DNA of 64,000 nt from assembly GCA_902606175.1 (NCBI GenBank), contig CACLEZ010000003.1, positions 45,765 to 109,764 on the forward strand, written 5' to 3'. Below, one piece after another: positions 31,662 to 45,148 of this stretch. This stretch comes from an uncultured SAR86 cluster bacterium. GTDB lineage: Bacteria; Pseudomonadota; Gammaproteobacteria; Magnimaribacterales; Magnimaribacteraceae. Numbering within the stretch: the first letter of the stretch is position 1; each line of letters begins with the position of its first letter. The notes under the pieces were generated by a model. It did not search any database and was not told the origin of the DNA. It saw only the letters and a program-made list of their open reading frames with translations. A program made the position numbers and the translations under genes.

Positions 31662-34490
31662 TTAAAGTTCTTTTTTAAGATGCTTTCCAGTATGAGAGAC
31701 CTTGATCTTTGATAGGTCTTCTGGTGAACCTGTAGCTATTATTTCTCCTCCATTTGATCCTCCTTCGGGACCTAGATCAATAATCCAATCACTTGTTTTT
31801 ATAACGTCCATGTTGTGTTCTATTACAACAACTGTATTTCCGTTATCTCTTAGCCTTTTTAGTACTTTTAGTAGTAATTGGACATCGTGCATGTGAAGCC
31901 CCGTGGTAGGCTCATCAAGAATATATAATGTATGATTCAAGGCACTTTTTGAGAGTTCTTTCGCTAGCTTAACTCTCTGAGCCTCACCTCCTGAGAGCGT
32001 GGTAGCCTGTTGCCCTAATTTTACGTAACCCAGACCTACATCCATCAATGTTTCTAACTTCTTTTTGATAGATGGAATAGAATCAAAGAATTCCAAAGAA
32101 TCTTCAACAGTCATATCTAAGACTTCATAAATATTTTTACCTTTATATTTAATATCTAAAGTTTCTCGGTTATACCTATGACCGTCACATACATCACATT
32201 TAACATAAACATCTGGTAAAAAATGCATCTCTACTTTTATTACACCATCTCCCTGACAAGCTTCACATCTACCGCCCTTAACATTAAAACTAAATCTTCC
32301 TATTTTATAACCTCTCGATCTTGCTTCTTGCGTTCCTGCAAAAAGCTCTCTCAAAGGAGTGAAAAGACCTGTATAAGTCGCTGGATTTGATCTTGGTGTT
32401 CTGCCAATAGGGCTTTGACTTATCTCTATGATTTTATCTATATCATTTATGCCTGAAAGTTTCTTAAATGGTTTTGTATCTTTTTTTTCTGCTTTAGATA
32501 TTTCATTTGAAATTGCAGGGAGTAGAGTTTGATTTATGAGAGTAGATTTCCCAGAACCCGAAACTCCTGTAACGCATACAAACAAATCAAGAGGAAGATC
32601 TAAGTCAACTGATTTGAGGTTGTGGCCGTCTGCACCTGAAAGTTTTACTAAACGTTTAGTTTCAAGCTTCTTTCTTTTTTTCGGGATTTCAATTTTCCTA
32701 CTTCCAGATAAGAATTGACCTGTTATAGAGTCTTTTGATTTTGAAATTTCTAAGGCAGTTCCTTCGGCACATATTTTTCCACCATGAACGCCTGCACCCG
32801 GACCTATATCGACTACATGATCCGATGCATACATTGTTTCATTATCATGCTCTACAACTATGACAGTGTTTCCCAAGTCTCTAAGTTTTTTAAGTGTTTT
32901 TAAAAGTTTTTCGTTATCTCTCTGATGCAAACCAATAGATGGTTCATCTAAGATGTACGTCACTCCGACGAGACCTGCCCCTATTTGACTTGCAAGCCTT
33001 ATTCTTTGTGCTTCTCCTCCACTTAAACTTTCTGCACTTCTATCAAGTGTCAGATAATTGAGACCAACATCAATTAAGAACTCTAATCTTTCGTTAACTT
33101 CTTTGATTATTCTATCTGCGATTTCCTTTTTTGAACCTTTTAAGCTTAGCTCTGAGAAGAATTTAAATGCTTGATCAATAGTATATGAAGTAATTTGAGG
33201 AAGGTTTACATCTTCTACAAATACATTTCTTGCTTCTTTTCTTAGTCTTGTGCCATCACAACTTTTGCAAGTTGAAAGGGATATAAGTTTAGATAAATTG
33301 TCTCTACTCCAACTAGATTCAGTTTCTTTATATCGCCTTTCAATATTATTCAATATCCCTTCAAAAGCAAAAATTCTCTCAACAAGGCTACCTCTCTTAT
33401 TTCTCCAGCTGAAATCAACAGGTTTACCTTTACTACCATTGAGTAGAAGATCTTGTATATCTTTTTCTAGGTCTTGATATGGAGTTTCTAATGAAAAATC
33501 ATACTCTTTTGATAAACATCTGATCAGATGATAATGATATCTATGACTGACATCCCAACCGACTATTGCTCCTTCACTTAAACTGGCTGTAGGTTCATGA
33601 ATTACTTTGGAAACATCAACGTATTGTTTAACACCTAATCCTTCGCAATCCGGGCATGCACCAGCAGGATTGTTGAAAGTAAAAAGTCTAGGTTCCAATT
33701 CAGGGATGCTATAACCGCAAGTTGGGCATGCCATTTTTGAGCTATAAGTAATGTCTTCATTCGAATCCATCAAGAAAATAATCAGATTTCCATCGCCTAA
33801 GCTAAGAGCATTCTCCACTGACTCTGCGAGTCTCAATTGAAAATTTTCATCATGCTCTTTTGGAAGGACCAATCTATCAATTACTGCTTCAATCGAATGT
33901 TTTTTATTTTTATTTAATTTGGGACTATCTTCTACATCAACAGTAATCCCATTTACTCTCATCCTTACATAGCCTTGCATTTTGAGCTCTTCAAAAATAT
34001 GTAAGTGCTCACCTTTCTGTTCCTTAATAAGAGGAGCCAATATCATAAGCTTAGTTTCTTTCGGTAGCTCTAAGATCTTGTCACAAATTTGATTAGAAGT
34101 TTGGCCTTCCAAGGAGATATTATGATCAGGACACATTGGTGTACCTGCTCTGGCAAATAGCAGTCTCAAATAATCATAAATTTCTGTAACGGTTCCAACA
34201 GTTGATCTGGGATTATGAGAAGTAGTCTTTTGCTCAATTGAAATAGCAGGAGATAAACCTTCTATGTGATCGACATCTGGTTTCTCCATCATAGATAGAA
34301 ATTGTCTTGCATACGCAGATAGAGACTCTACATATCTTCTTTGCCCTTCTGCATAAAGAGTATCAAAAGCTAGACTAGATTTACCTGACCCAGATAAACC
34401 CGTAATGACAACAAGTTTGTCTCTGGGTATATCTATATCTATATTTTTAAGATTATGTTGTCTGGCACCTCTTACTTTGATGTGTTTCAT
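31662..34490 (-). CDS. uvrA: Excinuclease ABC subunit A
   Basis: Two ABC domains ([24 protein letters not shown]) and zinc fingers. Confidence 0.99.
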   Translation of the reverse strand: MKHIKVRGARQHNLKNIDIDIPRDKLVVITGLSGSGKSSLAFDTLYAEGQRRYVESLSAYARQFLSMMEKPDVDHIEGLSPAISIEQKTTSHNPRSTVGTVTEIYDYLRLLFARAGTPMCPDHNISLEGQTSNQICDKILELPKETKLMILAPLIKEQKGEHLHIFEELKMQGYVRMRVNGITVDVEDSPKLNKNKKHSIEAVIDRLVLPKEHDENFQLRLAESVENALSLGDGNLIIFLMDSNEDITYSSKMACPTCGYSIPELEPRLFTFNNPAGACPDCEGLGVKQYVDVSKVIHEPTASLSEGAIVGWDVSHRYHYHLIRCLSKEYDFSLETPYQDLEKDIQDLLLNGSKGKPVDFSWRNKRGSLVERIFAFEGILNNIERRYKETESSWSRDNLSKLISLSTCKSCDGTRLRKEARNVFVEDVNLPQITSYTIDQAFKFFSELSLKGSKKEIADRIIKEVNERLEFLIDVGLNYLTLDRSAESLSGGEAQRIRLASQIGAGLVGVTYILDEPSIGLHQRDNEKLLKTLKKLRDLGNTVIVVEHDNETMYASDHVVDIGPGAGVHGGKICAEGTALEISKSKDSITGQFLSGSRKIEIPKKRKKLETKRLVKLSGADGHNLKSVDLDLPLDLFVCVTGVSGSGKSTLINQTLLPAISNEISKAEKKDTKPFKKLSGINDIDKIIEISQSPIGRTPRSNPATYTGLFTPLRELFAGTQEARSRGYKIGRFSFNVKGGRCEACQGDGVIKVEMHFLPDVYVKCDVCDGHRYNRETLDIKYKGKNIYEVLDMTVEDSLEFFDSIPSIKKKLETLMDVGLGYVKLGQQATTLSGGEAQRVKLAKELSKSALNHTLYILDEPTTGLHMHDVQLLLKVLKRLRDNGNTVVVIEHNMDVIKTSDWIIDLGPEGGSNGGEIIATGSPEDLSKIKVSHTGKHLKKEL

Positions 34491-34575
34491 TAAAAAAAAA
34501 TAATGTTTTGGAACTTATGTTTAGAAAAGTGATTATAATCGGTGTTAGTAATATTAACTAAAATTAAAAATATAT

Positions 34576-35016
34576 ATGGCTAGAAGTGGAATCAATAAAG
34601 TTATTTTAGTGGGTAACTTAGGACAAGATCCTGAAGTAAAGTACACAGCCGGAGGGGCTGCTGTCACGACATTAAGTTTGGCTACATCAGAATCTTGGAA
34701 AGATAAAGATACGGGATCAGATCAAGAGAAAACAGAATGGCATAGAGTAGTACTTTGGAGAAGATTAGCAGAAATAGCTGGAGAATATCTAAAAAAAGGA
34801 TCAAAGGTTTATATAGAAGGGCAACTTCAAACTAGAAAATGGGAACAGGATGGACAAACTAGATATACTACAGAAGTCGTAGGCAGGGATATGCAGTTTT
34901 TGGATAGTAGGGGTAGTTCTTCATCAGACAGCTCTTCTTATGAAGATACTAATCAAGATATGAGTTCTCAAAATTTGCCTGATAGCGGGATCACGGATGA
35001 CGATATTCCGTTCTAA
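34576..35016 (+). CDS. ssb: Single-stranded DNA-binding protein
   Basis: [17 protein letters not shown]-terminal DDDIPF. Confidence 0.99.
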   Translation: MARSGINKVILVGNLGQDPEVKYTAGGAAVTTLSLATSESWKDKDTGSDQEKTEWHRVVLWRRLAEIAGEYLKKGSKVYIEGQLQTRKWEQDGQTRYTTEVVGRDMQFLDSRGSSSSDSSSYEDTNQDMSSQNLPDSGITDDDIPF

Positions 35017-36227
35017 ATTTTTTCAAATATAAGACTTGCATTAGTTCCACCAAATCCAAAACTATTGCTCAAAAAACTCTGTAATTCTGTAGACATATTC
35101 TCTCTTACTATTGGAAAAGCTTCAGCGCCCTCGTCAAGGTTTTCAATATTTGCAGAACCAGCTATGAAACCTTCATTCATCATAATTAAGCCATAGATAG
35201 CTTCTTGAACACCTGCAGCACCTAATGAGTGACCTGAAAGGGACTTTGTAGAACTTATCCAGGGAACCTTATCTCCAAAAACATTTTTAATTGCATTTAA
35301 TTCTGTGATATCTCCGGCCGGAGTACTTGTGCCATGAGCATTGATATAGTCTATATTTTTATTACCACTCATTTCCCAGGCAATTTGCATACATCTCTCT
35401 CCACCCTCTCCAGAAGGACTAACCATATCTACTCCATCAGATGTTGCAGCATAACCAGTTAGTTGGGCATATATTTTTGCTCCTCTTTCAATTGCATGTT
35501 GCTTTTCTTCTAGGATCATCGAACCTGCTCCTCCAGCGATTACAAATCCATCTCTATCTTTATCATAAGCTCTAGAGGCCTTTTCAGGTTCCTCATTGTA
35601 CTTAGTTGATAATGCTCCCATTGCATCAAATAAACTTGTCATGCCCCAATGTTCAGCTTCACCACCTCCAGCAATTACAATATCCTGTTTACCTAATTGA
35701 ATTTGCTCCATTCCTGAACCGATGCAGTGAGCACTGGTAGCGCAAGCAGATGAAATCGAATAATTTATGCCTTTGATACCGAAAGAAGTTGCAAGACAGG
35801 CTGAAACAGTACTACCCATAGCTTTGGTAACTCTGTATGGACCTATTCTTTTTAATCCTTTTGTTCTCAGGATATCGGCAGAATCTATTTGATCTTCTGA
35901 AGAAGCCCCTCCAGAACCCATAATTAAACCAGTCTTTTGATTAGATAATTCAGTATCGTTTAAAGATGCATCCTTTATGGCTTCTTCTGTGCTCAAGTAT
36001 GCATATGCTGCAGCGTCCCCCATGAATCTATATAGTTTTCTATCTATTAGTTCTTTAGGATCTAAATTTTGAATAGAGCCTGATACATGGCTTCTTAAAC
36101 CAAGCTCCTTATTGATTATATTTTTTGAGATACCTGATTTTAAATTTCTCAGAGAATTTGTTACTTCAGAAATATCATTTCCTAAGCTAGATATAATACC
36201 TATTCCTGTTATTACTACTTCACGCAT
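35013..36227 (-). CDS. fabB: 3-oxoacyl-ACP synthase I
   Basis: [24 protein letters not shown]; adjacent to fabA. Confidence 0.96.
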   Translation of the reverse strand: MREVVITGIGIISSLGNDISEVTNSLRNLKSGISKNIINKELGLRSHVSGSIQNLDPKELIDRKLYRFMGDAAAYAYLSTEEAIKDASLNDTELSNQKTGLIMGSGGASSEDQIDSADILRTKGLKRIGPYRVTKAMGSTVSACLATSFGIKGINYSISSACATSAHCIGSGMEQIQLGKQDIVIAGGGEAEHWGMTSLFDAMGALSTKYNEEPEKASRAYDKDRDGFVIAGGAGSMILEEKQHAIERGAKIYAQLTGYAATSDGVDMVSPSGEGGERCMQIAWEMSGNKNIDYINAHGTSTPAGDITELNAIKNVFGDKVPWISSTKSLSGHSLGAAGVQEAIYGLIMMNEGFIAGSANIENLDEGAEAFPIVRENMSTELQSFLSNSFGFGGTNASLIFEKI

Positions 36228-36749
36228 TTAAAAACTAGACGTATCTTGGAAAAGACCAACTTTTAGGCCCTTTGCACTATAAATCTCTCTACCATCTACG
36301 AGCATAGACCCTTCACCAATTCCTACTGTTAGATCAAGATTAAGAATTCTTTTCATATCAATTTTAAGGGTCACGAGTTTGGCTGAGGGGAGAACTTGCC
36401 CAAAAAATTTAACTTCAGAAGCGCCTAATGCTCTGCCTCTGCCAGGATTATCCATCCAACATAAATAAAATCCAACCAGTTGCCACATTGCATCTAATCC
36501 CAAACAACCAGGCATCACAGGATCGCCTTTGAAATGACAATCAAAAAACCATAAATCCGGATTTATATCTAGCTCAGCTATGATTTGGCCTTTTGAAAAT
36601 TTACCTCCGTCAACATTAATCTCAGTAATACGATCAAACATGAGCATATTTGGGGTAGGTAGGCGACCATTTTCCTCTCCAAATAAGTTGCCTTGTGCGC
36701 AGTCAAGTATTTCTTCCTTGTTATAACTATTTTTAGGTGAAAAAGACAT
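36228..36749 (-). CDS. fabA: 3-hydroxydecanoyl-ACP dehydratase/isomerase
   Basis: [24 protein letters not shown]. Confidence 0.98.
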   Translation of the reverse strand: MSFSPKNSYNKEEILDCAQGNLFGEENGRLPTPNMLMFDRITEINVDGGKFSKGQIIAELDINPDLWFFDCHFKGDPVMPGCLGLDAMWQLVGFYLCWMDNPGRGRALGASEVKFFGQVLPSAKLVTLKIDMKRILNLDLTVGIGEGSMLVDGREIYSAKGLKVGLFQDTSSF

Positions 36750-36799
36750 TTATCTTCCAAGTAATAGATTAATGATACATTAAAATTGATAACAAAAAA

Positions 36800-37765
36800 T
36801 TAAGTTAATCTAGAGTCAAGATTTCTAACTATATTTTCAAGCGCATCTCTGTATTGATTATGAGGTAATTTTTCTAACTCATTTATGCATTCATCAGAAT
36901 GATGAGTGAAAATAGTTTTAAGTTGCTCAGTTGTCTTTTCACTCTCCATTAGAGCAATTATCTCAGCAAAGTGTTCAATTTTTCTAGTTTTAAAGAGTGA
37001 TAATAATCTAGTTTTATTTGTTTGATTCATAGTCTTGAGAGACACAATAATAGGTAGAGTAAATTTTCCTTCTTCAAAATCTTTTCCAACTTTTTTCCCA
37101 GTCAGATTTTCCTGCCCATAATAATCCAGAATATCGTCTTGTATTTGAAAGGCTAAACCCAACGAAGTGGCAAAATTATTTAGACTATCAAGCTCAGGTT
37201 GAGAACATTCACATAAAATACCTGCCGTCACTGCAGATACCTTAAAAAGTTCTGCTGTCTTTCTATCAATAATATTGAAATAATCTTCTTCTGAAAGATT
37301 AGATTGCCTTTTCATCGAGAGTTGTAAAACTTCACCTTCTGAGATTTTGTTAGTTGCATTAGCCAATTCTCTTATAATGTTGGGATTATCAAAACTGGCC
37401 ATCAATTGAAAAGCTTTGGAATATACAAAGTCTCCAACTAATACTCCATGAGCATCATCCCATTTAGCCTGAATACTCTCTTTACCTCTTCTAATAAGGC
37501 TTTCATCGACCACATCATCATGTATTAGGGTGGCTGTGTGAAGAAGTTCAATTGAGCTTGCAAGCCGAATTAGATCCGACTCAGAATATCCTAAGGTTTT
37601 TGCAACTAAAATACATATCGCAGGTCTTATTCTTTTTCCTCCAGATTTAACAATATGACCAGATACCTCTGTGGCTAATTCAATATCAGAGTTTATAGAT
37701 TCACTTAGAGTAATTTCTAGTTTCTCTAATTCATCAAATATGATTTTTTTATATAACAATTCCAT
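36800..37765 (-). CDS. ispB: Octaprenyl/polyprenyl diphosphate synthase
   Basis: GGKRIRP, HDDVVD and QIQDD motifs; divergent from rplU. Confidence 0.93.
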   Translation of the reverse strand: MELLYKKIIFDELEKLEITLSESINSDIELATEVSGHIVKSGGKRIRPAICILVAKTLGYSESDLIRLASSIELLHTATLIHDDVVDESLIRRGKESIQAKWDDAHGVLVGDFVYSKAFQLMASFDNPNIIRELANATNKISEGEVLQLSMKRQSNLSEEDYFNIIDRKTAELFKVSAVTAGILCECSQPELDSLNNFATSLGLAFQIQDDILDYYGQENLTGKKVGKDFEEGKFTLPIIVSLKTMNQTNKTRLLSLFKTRKIEHFAEIIALMESEKTTEQLKTIFTHHSDECINELEKLPHNQYRDALENIVRNLDSRLT

Positions 37766-37810
37766 CAGTCTGTGTATTTTAAATTAAGTAAGGTTAATCG
37801 AGGAATTATA

Positions 37811-37839
37811 TTGCGAATACTTCATCTTTTTCGTATAGT
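37811..37839 (+). promoter_or_regulatory. rplU-rpmA promoter
   Basis: TTGCGA-17-TATAGT. Confidence 0.65.
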
Positions 37840-37871
37840 GCACATCCTTTAATTCCTCTTAGGAGATACAT

Positions 37872-38183
37872 ATGTTTGCCGTAATAGAATGCGGAGGAAA
37901 GCAACACACAGTTTCAGAGGGCGAAAGCCTTAAAGTAGAACTTTTATCTGCAGATGAAGGTTCGACCATTGAATTTGACAAAGTCCTCATGATATCAGAT
38001 GGAAATGGATCTAAGATTGGCAATCCTTACGTTGATAATGCGAAAGTTACTGCTAAATTAGTTTCAAATGGTAAACACGACAAAATTCGTGTTTTTAAGA
38101 TGAAAAGAAGGCAAAACTATAGAAGAACCTATGGTCATAGACAAAATTTTAGTGAAATTCATATAGAGTCTATAACTTCATAA
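37872..38183 (+). CDS. rplU: 50S ribosomal protein L21
   Basis: GGKQH.V, GHRQ. Confidence 0.98.
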   Translation: MFAVIECGGKQHTVSEGESLKVELLSADEGSTIEFDKVLMISDGNGSKIGNPYVDNAKVTAKLVSNGKHDKIRVFKMKRRQNYRRTYGHRQNFSEIHIESITS

Positions 38184-38196
38184 TTGAGAGAATAAG

Positions 38197-40610
<2,414 letters not shown>

Positions 40611-40614
<4 letters not shown>

Positions 40615-40871
40615 AGGGCTTTAACTTTTTTTGATAATCTAGATTTAGTTCTAGAAGCTTTGTTTTTGGTGATCACTTTTTTACCGGCCATAGAATCAAG
40701 TGTCTTTTCTGCTCCAGCCAATGCACTTTTTGCTGCTTCTTTGTCATTTGCTTCTATAGCGTTTAGAACAGACTTCACTGCTGTTCTAGTAGATGCTCTT
40801 TGAGAGCTTTTAAGAGCATTTCTTTTTACATTTTGCCTTGCTCTTTTTATTGCTGATTTAATATTTGCCAT
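40611..40871 (-). CDS. rpsT: 30S ribosomal protein S20
   Basis: MANIKSAIKRARQ, KNKASR.KSRL. Confidence 0.98.
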
Positions 40872-40899
40872 AAATCTTGTATATCACTGAGAGGCGCGC

Positions 40900-40928
40900 A
40901 TAATGCATTCTGAAGAGCAAAGTGTCAA
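40900..40928 (-). promoter_or_regulatory. rpsT promoter
   Basis: Minus strand TTGACA-17-CATTAT, then GCGCGCC discriminator. Confidence 0.75.
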
Positions 40929-40943
40929 GTAACAATATCTGGT

Positions 40944-41939
40944 ATGTCTAATAAGTATTTAATTGTAATCCTACGATTTCATGGTGATGTTCTGCTTACT
41001 AAGCCCATGGTTGATAACATCAAGCTCAATGATCCTGATGGCGAAATAGATCTTCTTGTATATAAGGGTACGGGCTCTATTTTAGAGCAAGAGAGAAATA
41101 TTGCGGAAATTATAGAAATAGATAATGCCTCTAAAGAGAATTTCTTTTCTAGGATAAAGAAAGAGATCAAGTTGTGGGCTAAAGTTAGATCAAAAAAATA
41201 CAAATATGCTTTCTTTTTAACTACGCAATGGAGAGTGGTTCCTATTAGTTGGGCTATAGGTAAAGCAATGAAAGCAGCGGTAGATGATAAAAAAAGAAGA
41301 AAAACACTATGGACCAAATCTTTTTCCACAATTTTTCCTGAAGCCTTAGAGAATCATATTATTCAAAGAAATCTCTTAGCTTTGGAGAGTTTAGGATTGC
41401 AGATTTTTAAAGAGGATTTAGCTCTAGATCCAACTCATTTAGAATTAGAATATAAAGCTCTGTCCGATAGTTTTCCGTATCTAAATCAAGACAACTCTTA
41501 TTGTGTCATTCATCCTACTTCAAGAAGAGAAAAAAAATTGTGGGATAAAGAAAAATTTGCAAAGCTAATTAATCTATTAGTTAAAAAAAACTTTTCAGTT
41601 GTTATAACCTCTGGCCCGGATCAAGAAGAGATGAATTATGTGAGCGAAATATTAGGGAGTACTGATATGGTTGAGAATAAAGTATTTAATCTTGCTGGCA
41701 AAACAGGCCTCTTAGGTTTAGCAGCTCTTATTAAAGGCGCTAAATTTTTTATTGGCTTAGATTCTGTGGCATCTCACATAGCTGCTTCTGTGAATAAAGA
41801 GTCTATAACTTTATTTGGACCAAGTAATCCCATTAATTGGAAGCCTTGGTCTGATAAAGCTAAGATTATCGCAAGAGATAATATGAAGAACATCGAAGTT
41901 GAAGATGTGATTAGTCTTGTAGAGGAAATATATCCATAA
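40944..41939 (+). CDS. Glycosyltransferase family 9 (LPS heptosyltransferase, WaaQ/RfaQ-like)
   Basis: LRFHGDVLLT N-terminus; IHP, LAGKT, FIGLDS..SHIAA, LFGPS..NWKPW. Confidence 0.85.
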   Translation: MSNKYLIVILRFHGDVLLTKPMVDNIKLNDPDGEIDLLVYKGTGSILEQERNIAEIIEIDNASKENFFSRIKKEIKLWAKVRSKKYKYAFFLTTQWRVVPISWAIGKAMKAAVDDKKRRKTLWTKSFSTIFPEALENHIIQRNLLALESLGLQIFKEDLALDPTHLELEYKALSDSFPYLNQDNSYCVIHPTSRREKKLWDKEKFAKLINLLVKKNFSVVITSGPDQEEMNYVSEILGSTDMVENKVFNLAGKTGLLGLAALIKGAKFFIGLDSVASHIAASVNKESITLFGPSNPINWKPWSDKAKIIARDNMKNIEVEDVISLVEEIYP

Positions 41940-41952
41940 TCAGGAGAAAAGG

Positions 41953-42825
41953 ATGAAAAGAGAACTGAAAACATTAATGGATGGCCTGACCTTCGGTGAG
42001 GGTCCAAGGTGGTATGGCAACAAATTCTATTTCTCCGATTTTTATAGTCACAAGGTCTATTCTTTAAATCTTAAAGGAAATTATGAAGTAATAGTTGAAG
42101 TTCCTAATCAACCTTCAGGATTAGGCTGGATGCCAGATGGAACAATGCTAATTGTTTCTATGAAGGACAGAAAGTTACTTAGTTTCAAAGATGACAACTT
42201 AAAAGAGGAAGCAGACTTATCTGAATTTGCAGGTTTTCATTGCAATGACATGGTTGTGGATCAATCTGGCAATGCGTATATCGGAAATTTTGGATTTAAT
42301 ACTTACGAAGGAGAAGAAATAAAGCCTACGAATTTGATACTTGTGAAGCCAGGTGAAGATCCAGTTATTGCGGCAGATGAATTACTTTTTCCAAATGGTA
42401 CGGTCGTTACTTCTGATGATAAAACTCTGATAGTAGGTGAGACTTACGCAGCTAGATTAACTGCTTTTGATAAGGCAGAAGATGGTAGCCTAACTAATCG
42501 CAGAATTTGGGCAGATCTAAAGGAAAATGCTGAAGAGGGGTTAGTGCCATTACCCGATGGAATGTGTTTAGATGAGGAGGAAGCAATATGGGTCGCCTCT
42601 CCATCAACTGCAGAAGTCATTAGAGTACACGAGGGAGGCATGATCTCTGAAAGAATTCCTGTTGAAACTAATGCATTTGCTTGCATGCTTGGAGGAGAGG
42701 ATGGAAAAACGTTGTTCATTTGCACCTCAAATGGTTCAGGTGTTGATCCTGATGCCGCTCTTAGAGAAAAATCTGGAAAGATAGAAATAGTAAAAGTTGA
42801 TGTACCTGGAGCAGGAAGACCCTAG
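41953..42825 (+). CDS. SMP-30/gluconolactonase/LRE family beta-propeller protein
   Basis: FGEGPRW, CNDM, FPNG, PDG motifs. Confidence 0.92.
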   Translation: MKRELKTLMDGLTFGEGPRWYGNKFYFSDFYSHKVYSLNLKGNYEVIVEVPNQPSGLGWMPDGTMLIVSMKDRKLLSFKDDNLKEEADLSEFAGFHCNDMVVDQSGNAYIGNFGFNTYEGEEIKPTNLILVKPGEDPVIAADELLFPNGTVVTSDDKTLIVGETYAARLTAFDKAEDGSLTNRRIWADLKENAEEGLVPLPDGMCLDEEEAIWVASPSTAEVIRVHEGGMISERIPVETNAFACMLGGEDGKTLFICTSNGSGVDPDAALREKSGKIEIVKVDVPGAGRP

Positions 42826-42832
42826 ATGGAAA

Positions 42833-43624
42833 TCATTGTCTTCTTTCTAGTTTCCAATTTATCACACCCCTTAAATTAGTCAGTTCAATAGGATTATTCT
42901 CTATTAATAGAGTTTTATATCTATGACTTCTTAACATAAGATTGAGATATAGATTTGCCTGATTTTTATTCATAGAACCAATATTCTCTTGGACCTCAAT
43001 GTCCTTTATCTTTCCATCCTTACTTATCGAATAGTAAAAAACAGCGTAATTTCTTCCTGAAGGAAATTTATCTAACTCTCCTAATATATTTCTTTTTATA
43101 GTGTCTACCGGCTGACAAAATATTCTTTTACATAGAAGAACTTCTTTTTCACTACCCTGAGGCCATATTTTCATAGAACACGCTTCTTGGTTGCATTCAA
43201 GACAGTGCCTTGCTGCAGTTACTCTAAGTTCATCTAATCTTATCAACATAGATTGTGGAACTTTCGATGACCAATCTGTCATGCACATCATTTTATTTTT
43301 TTTGTTTCTATAATCTCTATATATTATTTGGCCATCTGAATTAATTAAAGTGTCTTCTTTTATAAGCACTAATTCACTCTTTCCATCAGGAGATTGAGAT
43401 AGATTATTTTTAAGGTTAAGAATGAATAGAGGCTCTTCTTTCATTTGATTTGTACCAAAATCAATCTCATACGCTACAAAATTATCATCTTGGATAGATA
43501 AATTAATTATTATTTCGGGGTTTGATGCTCCTATCCAGTTACCTTCTAATGATTTGTCTGAAGTTATGACATATTGAGAAATCAATAATGAACTTATAAA
43601 AAGAACTCTAATAATCAAAGGCAT
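42833..43624 (-). CDS. Exported hypothetical protein with Cys-rich middle and TonB C-terminal-like domain
   Basis: N-terminal signal-like segment, 6 Cys in the middle, C-terminal YSISKDGKIKDIEV...NPIE...INWKL pattern. Confidence 0.65.
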   Translation of the reverse strand: MPLIIRVLFISSLLISQYVITSDKSLEGNWIGASNPEIIINLSIQDDNFVAYEIDFGTNQMKEEPLFILNLKNNLSQSPDGKSELVLIKEDTLINSDGQIIYRDYRNKKNKMMCMTDWSSKVPQSMLIRLDELRVTAARHCLECNQEACSMKIWPQGSEKEVLLCKRIFCQPVDTIKRNILGELDKFPSGRNYAVFYYSISKDGKIKDIEVQENIGSMNKNQANLYLNLMLRSHRYKTLLIENNPIELTNLRGVINWKLERRQ

Positions 43625-43638
43625 AATCTAAATAAGAA

Positions 43639-44721
43639 TTATAAGAGACCCAATTTTTTATAAGATTCCCCAGTTTCTCTCAGAGTTTCATCTATAGAGT
43701 AGGTCAATAAGCCAAGTTCCTGGATTGCTTTCTGACAATATGAACGAGGAGAATCATATGTGGGTTTTATTGGCTTATTATCTTCCATCCTTTCTCCACC
43801 TATAGTTTTTATTTCAGGAAATAAGTCCTTGAGTTTAGCTTGTAATTCCCACGTGAATAATTCTCCTGAATGATCAGTTGCTGAAAGGATGAATCTTGAA
43901 CCATTTTTAGCATTGCTGCTTTCTGCAGCGATTCTATGGGCCTTAGCAACATCTCGTACATCCACCATATTCCATAACATTCTGTCGCTTCTAACTTGTT
44001 TGCCTTCTAAAGAACCAAAATTATTGCCTTGAAGTAGTTGCCAAATGAAGTATTGCCAACTAAAGAACTGGTTATGATTTTCCGTCATCAATGGCCCTAT
44101 GACATGTAAGGGATTAATGGATATGGCCTCAAAATTTCCATCATCTTCAGCCATTTTATATATCATCTTTTCTGTATTGGCTTTAGCCATTGCATAGGCA
44201 ATGTCTCTATTTTTGGAGATATTTTCTTCAGTCCAAGCACCTTTATAGGCTTCAACATTATCTCCACACCAATCCTTTTCACTGAACACATAACCTTCTG
44301 GCCTTGGGTGCGCTACAGCGGCAAAAGAACTTGTAAATACAAAGCGTTTAACGCTTCCTGATTTTTTTACAGATTCAACTACATGCTCATTTTCTGTGAA
44401 ACAACCATCATATACTTCTTGAGGTGTTTCTCTATTGAAGCCTACTGTCGCACCTGCATGAATAACTGAAATACAGCCTGAAAAAGCATCATCATAGCTT
44501 CCTTTCTTAAAGAGATCTCCTTCAAACAATTGAACATCGCAATTATGGGCATCCTTGCCTAACTTAACTAAATGATCTACTTTTTTGACATTACTGGCGT
44601 CTCTTACGCAGGCATGCACTTCGTAACCTTGTCCCACTAAGTCTTCTACTATCCTAGACCCAATGTAACCGCTTGCACCTGTTACTGCTATAGGACCATC
44701 TTTTTTATTAATTTCAGACAT
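43639..44721 (-). CDS. NAD(P)-dependent epimerase/dehydratase, extended SDR (dihydroflavonol/aldehyde reductase-like)
   Basis: TGASGYIG, VFTSS, YAMAK (YxxxK), VDVRDVA.AH. Confidence 0.9.
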   Translation of the reverse strand: MSEINKKDGPIAVTGASGYIGSRIVEDLVGQGYEVHACVRDASNVKKVDHLVKLGKDAHNCDVQLFEGDLFKKGSYDDAFSGCISVIHAGATVGFNRETPQEVYDGCFTENEHVVESVKKSGSVKRFVFTSSFAAVAHPRPEGYVFSEKDWCGDNVEAYKGAWTEENISKNRDIAYAMAKANTEKMIYKMAEDDGNFEAISINPLHVIGPLMTENHNQFFSWQYFIWQLLQGNNFGSLEGKQVRSDRMLWNMVDVRDVAKAHRIAAESSNAKNGSRFILSATDHSGELFTWELQAKLKDLFPEIKTIGGERMEDNKPIKPTYDSPRSYCQKAIQELGLLTYSIDETLRETGESYKKLGLL

Positions 44722-44753
44722 TCGATACCTCTCCAGATTATGGTATCACTTTT

Positions 44754-45108
44754 TGGTGGAGGCGGCGGGAATTGAACCCGCGTCCACTAGTACTCTGCCA
44801 CAAGATCTACATGTTTAGTTTTATCTATTAATTTAATCTTTAGACACCCGATAAACAGGGATTAAAAGACGATCTCAATTTATTCTTAAGAAATTACTAA
44901 TGAGAAGAGCAACTTCAGCATCTCGTGAAATCGTCTGTCTTTGGAGGCGCACGAGCACGTTACCAAGGACAGCTAGCCAATTAAGCGGCTAGAGCGTAGT
45001 CTGCGTTTTCGCCAACTAACAAGTTTGCAATAATTTTTTAACGAGAATTATTACCTTCTCGACATGCACTTGAGGTTTTATATCTACTGTCGAAGCCAGT
45101 TCGCCCCC
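44754..45108 (-). ncRNA. ssrA: tmRNA; tag peptide (A)GENADYALAA encoded at 45013-44981
   Basis: 5' GGGGGCG...TTCGAC, 3' GGACGCGGGTTCAATTCCCGCCGCCTCCACCA, internal ORF ending YALAA*; adjacent to smpB. Confidence 0.96.
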
Positions 45109-45148
45109 AAAAAAGCTGCATGATTATACCTTTCCTGCTGAAACTTAA

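Noticed and set aside
34491-34575. LexA box in the uvrA/ssb divergent region
   Set aside because: No CTGT-N8-ACAG match found; absence alone is not interpretable without knowing whether lexA exists.
40872-44753. ssrA-integrated element with attR
   Set aside because: No duplicate of the tmRNA 3' end and no integrase was seen downstream.
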